Source of the DNA: Eledone cirrhosa
Lineage: Eukaryota
Direction: 5' to 3'
Assembly (NCBI GenBank): GCA_964016885.1
Contig: CAXHJY010001477.1
Location: 496,001 to 560,000, forward strand
DNA: 64,000 nucleotides
Each line of letters starts with the position of its first letter. Within the stretch, counting starts at the first letter, position 1. The notes beneath the pieces are model-generated. The model ran no database searches. It saw nothing but the letters and a program-made list of their open reading frames with translations, and was not told the DNA's origin. Position numbers and translations under genes: made by a program. This document shows, piece by piece, positions 40,376 through 49,923 of this stretch.

Positions 40376-43300
40376 CTAAAAAGATATAACATCATTTAAT
40401 TTCAATCAGTTAATCAATCAAACAGATCAATCAATTAGTCATTGGTGGATTGGCAGTATTGGTAGAGGGTCGGATGCCATGCTTTGACGCATAGAGTTAT
40501 GGCCCTTGCCATTCTGAGTTCAAATCCTTCTGAGGTTAACTTTGCCTTTCATCCTTATGGGGTCGATAAAATAAAGTACCAGTAATGTACTGGGTAATTG
40601 CTGGCCTTGTGCCAAAAGTAGAAACAATTATTAAATAGGAAATTAAAAATATGACAAACAAATCTGTTTTTCTGTCTCCAAAGAGACTATCAAAAGTGTA
40701 TTTACATTTGTTTATTTTCATAGAAAGTTTTACAATTAAAAATGTAGTTATATCTACATTAAATTTATTATCTTAGACATTCAATTTATGCTGTGATGCA
40801 TATAGAGAATGGCAGCTGCTCTCTAAGCCAGTGGAAATTGCAGAAGAAGTGTATCAAGAAAATGTTGGGGGTGATTTGGTAAAGGCTGACTTTACAAACC
40901 TGAACCAGGACACATGACAAAGATGACACATGACCAAGTCAACTAGTAATGTGTCATATACTACAGAAAAGTTACCTTCACACATGAGAAAGATGAAACG
41001 AGCATGGAGAGTATGGTAGCAAAGGCAGGCTGATGTAAGGATATTTAAGTCCCAATTGCCCTGCCAAATATACCCCCTTTCACATTTCTACCCCACCTAC
41101 TCCCATCTAGTCATCCTCCCTCCACTACTTATCCCCCCCCCCATATAATCCCAGCCCATTTATCCAGAAAAGAAAGATAAGTTTACAGTCAGTCATGCTT
41201 TGTTCATCTCTCATGCAGCAGTACACAGGTACCACTCTCCCTACTATGGTGTCCCTCCATCCCCTCACTATCTACCTTCCAGTCTACCGCCTCCCCCCAC
41301 TGTATTGCCCTTCTCTCTAACCACCCTGTTTCTAACCCAACCCGTGGAGAGAAAGGTATACTCCACAATGTATCACCAGATATCACTGATAAGACCACCT
41401 TTTTACCACTCATCTTCCCCACCACATATAACCCCCACACACACTCCAGCTTGGCCACAATGTATCACCAGATATCACTGATAAGACCACCTTTTTACCA
41501 CTCATCTTCCCCACCACATATAACCCCCACACACACTCCAGCTTGGCCACAATGTATCACCAGATATCACTGATAAGACCACCTTTTTACCACTCATCTT
41601 CCCCACCACATATAACCCCCACACACACTCCAGCTTGGCCACAATGTATCACCAGATATCACTGATAAGACCACCTTTTTACCACTCATCTTCCCCACCA
41701 CATATAACCCCTACACACACTCCAGCTTGGCCACAATGTATCACCAGATATCACTGATAAGACCACCTTTTTACCACTCATCTTCCCCACCACATATAAC
41801 CCCCACACACACTCCAGCTTGGCCACAATGTATCACCAGATATCACTGATAAGACCACCTTTTTACCACTCATCTTCCCCACCACATATAACCCCCACAC
41901 ACACTCCAGCTTGGCCAACAATATCCAAGCAAACTAATCAATTTATAAATTTCTGTGATTCTGTCACATATAAAGAGAGTGGAGTAGTTTGACTACCTCA
42001 TACTATTCCTCTCTCTTTACATCTGTTGCCTGCGTGAATGTATGTCGATGTATTTTGCCTCATAAAATATTATAAGGTAAAATAAAATTTAAGGAAAATC
42101 AACTCCAGAAGAAGAAAACAATTTGTTTGCAATTTTGTTATATTCTCCAATGATCACCTGCTATTTCTTACATCAGACATAAAGAGAGGGGAGTAGTATG
42201 AGGTAATCATAACAACAGTGGTAGCAGCCCCCTGTTGTAAAGAGAGGGTAGTAGTATGAGGTAGTCATAACAACAGTGGTAGCAGCCCCCTGTTGTAAAG
42301 AGAGGGGAGTAGTATGAGGTAGTCATAACAACAGTGGTAGCAGCTGTTGATTGTCATCCGGAAATATTCTGTTTGTACGTTTATATTTATATACTCATAC
42401 ATATACATGTATGCATATACACATACACACATATACACATACACACACATACACATACACACATATACACATACACGTTAGTGTATGGAAAAAAATGTTA
42501 GTACCAGAAGTGGTAGTGCTGGTGTCACAATAAAATACACACAGCATACACTGTAAAGACAGTGTAACATATTAGTGCTGGTGTCACAATAAAAGCACCC
42601 AGTGCACACAGTGCCGGTGTCATCATAAAATTGCTGTTTTCATCATCATCATCATCGTTTAACGTCCATCTTCCACGCTTGCATGGGTTTGGACAGGAGT
42701 GTTCCCACTTGGGGCAAGAGTGGTTGTCTTGCTCGTATAGGACTGTCTGGCAGGTTTTCTACGGCTGGATGCCCTTCCCAACACCAACCACGTTTACAGT
42801 GTGGGGCTGGGAGGTTTTTACCGTGTTGCCTACACGGCCACATTACAGCGTGGACTGTGTGTTTTTTTGTCGTGACACCTACACGACCTCATTTGTTTCG
42901 GGCTGGATGTTGTGGTACCAACATAACTTTACATTGAAAGGGGTGGTGTGGATGGGGTGGGGGTAGTGGGACGGGGGTGTATTTTTGTTAGAGGTGCCTA
43001 TTGACTGTAGGTTTCGCTTTGTACTTAGGCAAGGTGGGTCTTCTGTATTACTGTGTAGCGCCAAAGGTCTCGGTCTAGTGACATTGTCTTGGAGAGGTGT
43101 AAGTGTGTGAGGTCGGAATTTATCAAGTCGTCCCAGGTTTTTCTGTGTCTTACATTAGTAAGTGCAGCCAACCATAGAAACCATGCAAAAATAGAAGGTT
43201 TGAGCCAAACAGAATCATGTGACATGCCTGACCTCACATGACAACCAGCATGGAATGTAGGCATAAAACAGTGATGATAGTGATGATGATGATGATGGTG

Positions 43301-46300
43301 GTATTTAATTAATTGCATTGCTAATGAATGCACATTATACAAATTAGACTGACATAAATTTAGAGTGGTCCCCTTACTTCCATCACAACTGACTATGGGT
43401 TTGCACCTGAAAAAATCCTACCCGTGTTGCAAGCCTGGGCAAGGTGTTTTGTGGAAGAGCACCTGTGTCCATACATGCCAGTCTCTCCTCTCCATTATAG
43501 TCTAAGGAAAAGTTAAATGGTGGCATGCAGTATGGCACCGTTGTTGTCATAGGCAGACAACAGACAGCCCAGAAGGGATGATACTTTGTCACAGTGTTAA
43601 CCCCAAATGCTACTGGTGCTGGACCTGAGCAACATCAAATAAAGTGTCATGCTTGCTCAAAGACAATATTCCACTTGATACGGAAATTGAACTCATGACT
43701 TTACGAACATAAGTTTAAAAGCCTAACCACTAGGCCATGCAACTTCACACAACATAAATAGTGATTGCTATAAGTTCTCTTTGTGGACAGAAGGACAGTG
43801 GTATTTATCATCTGATGAACAACCAACTAAAAGGTAACCTTTTATGTTTTTCAGTGTACAAGCAATACAACAACATGTATTTACAATTGTTCTTTTGTTA
43901 ACAGCAAAGCTTATAATCAAAAGTTGTAGATATATCTACATTAAATTAAAAAATATATGTGCAAAAGCAGGAATATATGTCCTTAAAATTACCTCCTTAA
44001 ACAAGAGCCCAACTGGTTGGTTATGTCCCTTGGTAATTTCAACATCAATGTTGATCCATGTTTTTCTTTTAATATTTATACCTTTCATTTCTACAAAACC
44101 TGGCAAATAAACAAATAAATACATGTATATTATGTGAATATATGTATAGGTCTGGTGAAAATGGTAAGTTGAATCCCAGCAGCACAAAAAAAAGATGTAT
44201 TAAAAAAAAGGGCAGATGAACTCCTTAGAATCAATGACCATTCTTACCAACTATGGGTTAAATAGCCTCACCAATCCACAATTGGTCAAGCATGGTGAGT
44301 ACAGCGACACACCTGACATGACCAAAACCAAAGAGAAAGTGGTGGAAGTTAACCGGGGAAGGATTCCTCCAGGCCAAATTTAGACCTGTCTAACCCATGC
44401 AAGCATGGAAAAAAGATGTTTAAAAAGGGTGGGACGGGTCCTGTTCAGCACAGCATCTCTCCATTCATGTGTGAATATATTCTTTTATTATTTTACTGGT
44501 TTCAGTCATTAAACTGCAGGTGTGTATGTGTATATCATCATCATCATCATCATCATCGTTTAACGTCCATCTTCCACGCTAGCATGGGTTTGGATGGGAA
44601 TTTTCCCACTTGAGGCAATATTGGTTGTCTTGCTCGTATAGGACTGTCTGGCAGGTTTTCTACAGCTGGATGCCCTTCCTAACACCAACCACGTTTACAG
44701 TGTGACTGGGAGGTTTTTACCGTGTTACCTACACGGCCACATTACAGTGTGGACTGTGTGTTTTATTGTCGTGACACCTACACAACCTCATTTGTTTAGA
44801 CTGGATGTTGTGGTACCTACATAACTTTACATATATAGATAGATATAGATTGGCTGTTACCTATATTAAAAAAACTGAGACATGTTTGTTGCATTCCCCC
44901 AGAGACTTAAGCAGAAGTTAAACATCCATACAACAGCCTCTGTATTTTATAAAATTTCAATTATTTGGTTTTGCGAGATGTGCAATATTGCACGGTAGTG
45001 ACACATGTAAAGTGAATGCAGAGGATAGGCAAAAGTTGGAGAGAAATAAATGAAGCTCTGTTGGATTTGTAATGTTAATGTGGATGAATGCTAGCATAGA
45101 TGAGCAGTGGAAATAAAAAACAAACAAAAAGACAAACAGAATAAGAGAAAAAAGATATACCAAGGTGCACTGGTATGGACATGTTATGTGTATGGATGAT
45201 GACGGTTGGGTGAAGAAGTGCCAGGTGTTCTATGTAGAAGGTGCAGTGTGGCATAGTATGAGATAAAAGTGAGACAATCTAGTCAACTTACTGTGACAGG
45301 TAGGTAGACAGGTGGGTAGACAGAGAGGGAAATGAAAGTGAGACAATCTAGTCAACTTACTGAGTGAAACAGTGCAGAAGAGAGCAACATTTGATGGTAT
45401 TTTGGCAAGGCGACTGCAACCAATGACGTTAACATCCAGCCAACCAACACCTAATGGAATGCCATGTATATAGAAATCAGCCTGAGGATGGAGCGTCTCA
45501 GGTTTGAAGAAAAATGGCCGAAATCTAATCTTGTAGTTTGGTAGAGTGTGCTTCTTTTTCACAACTCTCTTGATCTGAAATCAAACACAAAAAGAATTAG
45601 TTTGTTTACTTTTGATTATAATATATATATATATATAAGAATAACAAAAAATGGAACTGATATAACATAATTCGGTTATTCATTATAATTATTTCAATGG
45701 TTCCCTTATGCAATCCCAGATGGAATATATGCATTTGTTGTTGTTATGGGAATGATATCTTCAGATGAATATCCGATTATGTGATATGCTGCAGGCAAAA
45801 AAAACGTTCTTCTTGTTGTGTGCCTGGCTGACATATGAGTTCTTAAAAGGGTCCTTCCAGCTATTGTGTTCAGAATTTGTGGAACGAGACGTGATCATCA
45901 TCATCATCATCACCGTTTTACGTCCGTTCTTCCACGCTAGCATGGGTTAGACGGGTTGTCCTGTTGTGGGCAGTGTCTGGTCGGCTGACGTTGTCTTGCT
46001 CATACAGGAACTGATTTGGCTTGATTTCTACAGCTGGATGCCCTTCCTAACACCAACCTCATTTACAGTGAGTGCTGGGTACTTTTTTGTGGTGCCTACA
46101 CGTCCACTTTACAGTGTGGGCTGGGTGCTTTTTTGCCCTAGCGCCTACACATCCACTTCACAGTGTGGGCTGGGTGCTTTTTTGCCCTAGCGCCTACACA
46201 TTCACTTCACAGTGTGGGCTGGGTGCTTTATTGCAGTGGGAGGGTTTGGGGGCATATTGTCTATATGCTTCAGCTTCGGCTTGTAGCCGTGGGGGTGTTG

Positions 46301-49300
46301 GGTCTTCTGTATTACTGCGTGACGCCAGAGGTCACAGTCGTGTGTCATTGCCTTTGAGAGGTGTAATTGGGTAAGGTCGGCTTTTATCACCTAATTCCAG
46401 GTCTTCTTGGGTCTCCCCACTCTGTATCTTCCATTGACTTCTAGTGCTCTGCACCTTTTTATGCAGCTGTCATCCTTCATACGCATCACATGTCCATACC
46501 AGCTCAACCGCCTCTCCTGCACACAGCTTATGTTCAGTCTCTCTCTCAATTCATTTATGCTTTGCCATTCACGTATATTACTATTACACATCCATCGGAG
46601 CATGCAAGCTTCGTTTCTTTCTAATCTACGCAAGTCATCCACCTTCAGCGCCCAGGTCTCGCTCCCATGTAACATTGCTGTTGGTATACATGCATCATAC
46701 AGTCTGCCTTTCATTTTGAGGGACAAGCCTTTTGCAGCTAGCAGTGGCAGTAGCTATCTGAACTTCTTCCATCCAGTTCTTACCCTAGTTATTGTACTTT
46801 CCGAAAACCCACCTCCACTGCTAATTCGATCACCTAGGTAGTAGAAGCTGTCTACTGTTTCTACAGAGCCCTCCCAGAGTTTGGTTTCCTGTGGCTGTTT
46901 GCTGCTTGCTGTCCCAGCACAGCTGCTACATGTGAAGCCTACATTCTTGGTTAAGCTTTCTGAGATCCCACTACATCTTTTGTTTCAATTAACTATTCTG
47001 ACCTCTTCCACTGAACATAGACTCAAGGTTGTAAATTATCAAAAGGATATTTTTCTCATTTATTCAAGGATAAGAAAGGGGTTGAAATTCCAGGCATTTA
47101 GGTGCACCGAGTTGCTGAATTTCGTCAGATATACAGTGGTTGACTGCTCCTTTCTGAGCTTCACTTCTTGTTTCTTTAATTGCTCTTTCTTAGCATGAGA
47201 TCTTAAATAACTTCTGAGCACTGAAAGGCATTGAGAAAATGATGTGGTTGGGGAAAAGTGAATTTGAAATGATAGTGAGTACTCACCATGTCCGATGCCA
47301 AAAAGAAGGAACCATGGAAGACTTATTATGAGTGACTGTTGAATGAAGAGAATGAATGGGACAAAAATATTGATCTCCCAATAATATTTGAAGAGTCAAA
47401 AGGACTCTTCAGTTGTATCAAGGTCACAGACACCTCTCTAGTGACATGTTAAAACCAGTACACTTAGTGAAGTGGTTGCTGATAGGAAGAACATCCAGCT
47501 GTAAAAACCCTGCCAAACAAAGGATCAATAGAACTTTTCAGCTGTCACAAAGATATGATGATCTCCTTAATGCTGGTACCATGATAAAACGCAGCCAGTG
47601 CACTCTGCATAGTATAGGAACATATATAAGCAAGTCTTTGGTCCATCTGAAGGCCAGTATCATCACTTAAGTATTGACTCAATTTGTGATGGCCCATCCA
47701 ATGCTAGCAAGAAGAATGGATATTAAATGACAATGATGATGAAAAGGAGAGAAGAGAGGGTTTGGAAAGAAGACAGAAAATAAATAAAAGAGCAATAAAC
47801 AGCCAGGAGAGAAATAATTGTTTCTACATTTGGCACAAGGCCAGCAATTACCCAGTGCATTACTGATACATTATTTTATCGACCCCGTAAGGATGAAAGG
47901 CAAAGTTAACTTCGGCGGGATTTGAACTCAGATCGTAAAGGGACGTAACTATGCTGCAAAGCATGGCGTCCGACCCTCTACCGAATAGCCAGGAGAGAAA
48001 TAATGAAACCTAATATAGAATTAATTAAACTTACCTGGTTTATTATAAATGAGGTTATTTGAGGGAAAGATTTTCCTTCAATTCTAGGTTCAACTTCAAA
48101 CTCCATGTGTGGTTCCTTGAAGGGAAAATATATATTACATTTCAATAAAATATTTTTTAGATACATAAGAGGTTGCACATCTTCTGACAAGGTTCCTTCC
48201 TTCATTTCTAGTCTTGGGTGTTAGTTAAATGATGTCATATGAGCCACCAGTGCCATTAAACTAGGCAGTAACCTGTGAAAGATGTGGGCGAGTGTGGACT
48301 GTCTAGTGGAAAATGCAGACTCAGTCATTTTCTTAGTGTGGTCAGAGGCAAAAACCTAGGTGTTTAAAGGGTTCCTATTTTAATTAAAAGCTTCCAACAT
48401 AATCTTATATAAAAATGATATGTTAAGTTACTGTCTTAGTAAGGAAATAATTTTAGTAAATCTCTCAAAATTCTTCAATTAATTGAAACAGAATGTATTA
48501 ATAATGAAGGTTCGTGCCCACCAAATTGGTGGTTCTATCTTTGACAGTGACCTCTATATCTTATATTCACACTGACGTCTAGTTGAATACCACTACATCC
48601 TTCTTGGCTACCTTTAGCAGTGTCCATTTTATTGCAAGCATTTGGACAAGTTCCTTGGCATAACTTTTTACACACCAAATCGTGTTGGTGCTATGATACA
48701 AAAGTGTTTATCAAAGTATTTAGATTTATCTAAAATCTTTTCATCATAATTTTAATAATAATAATAATAATGAAAATATTGTGTACAGTGCTCCGGTGCA
48801 CTACAACTCATCATTACATAGGGTAATGTACAAACGTCAGGAAAATAAACAGTGCATGAGTCATGACATACACATGTGTGCATGTGTATGGAAGGAGTAC
48901 ATCAGGTGTAGTTTTAGCGAATTTTGGGAAGCATGAAGGTTTTAAAGGATGCAGTGTCTCGACAGCTAACAACTGATGCAGGTAGTTTGTTCCCTGCTTC
49001 AGCAACTCTAAGCGTGAAAAAAATGTTTCCGAAAATGTCATGGGAGCTGTGCTGTTTTCTGACTTTGTAGGCATGTCCACGTGTGTTAGACACGTGTAAG
49101 AAACCTTAAGTTATGTTATGTTCCAAACACTAGATTAATAAGGAGAAAGTTAGTTACATCAATAAATCATTCCAAATTCTTGATTATTTTCAAAATTATT
49201 TGAAAACCATAAAGTGTCTTTCTTTCAAGAAATGGTAAGAAAAGGGTTAAATGTAAAAGGTTTTCAAAATAAAAGACAGAAGAGAAACAAAAATGTTTAA

Positions 49301-49884
49301 AACTAACCTCATAGAATGCAAAATTCCAATGTGTATATGGATCACGTGTGAAGAGGAGACGTGCTTTGCCAACCAACTTTGTAACAGTGATTGACAAATA
49401 CGCAGATTTTCCAAACATGAGATCTACATCAACAGCCATCTGGAACCCACCGGAATATTCTATATCTAGGGCTATCTCCAGCACCTAGCAACAAAATATA
49501 CATAAAAAAAATTTTTAAATCACATATATATTATCATCATCATCATTTTAACATCCTCTTTCCCTGCTAGCAAGGGCTGGACAGGTCTATACAGACCAAG
49601 TCAGTACTGAAGCAATAGCTAGTGATCTTCCAATCAAGCTAGAGATCTGTCGTCGAACTTATGCATGATCCCACATTCTCCCTAGTGCATAGGGGAGGTT
49701 GTCAAGTCTTTGACACAACTCAGGGTCCTCCCAACCCTTTGTCTGGCAAGCTTTCTATAGTTGGATGCCCTTCTTACCCCCAATCACTTTACAGTATGTA
49801 CTGGGTGCATTTATTGTGTAGGTCACCAAACACTAGGGAAGCTGTCATGTCCTTGACACAACTGAAAGTCCTGCCAACCTTTTG

Positions 49885-49923
<39 letters not shown>

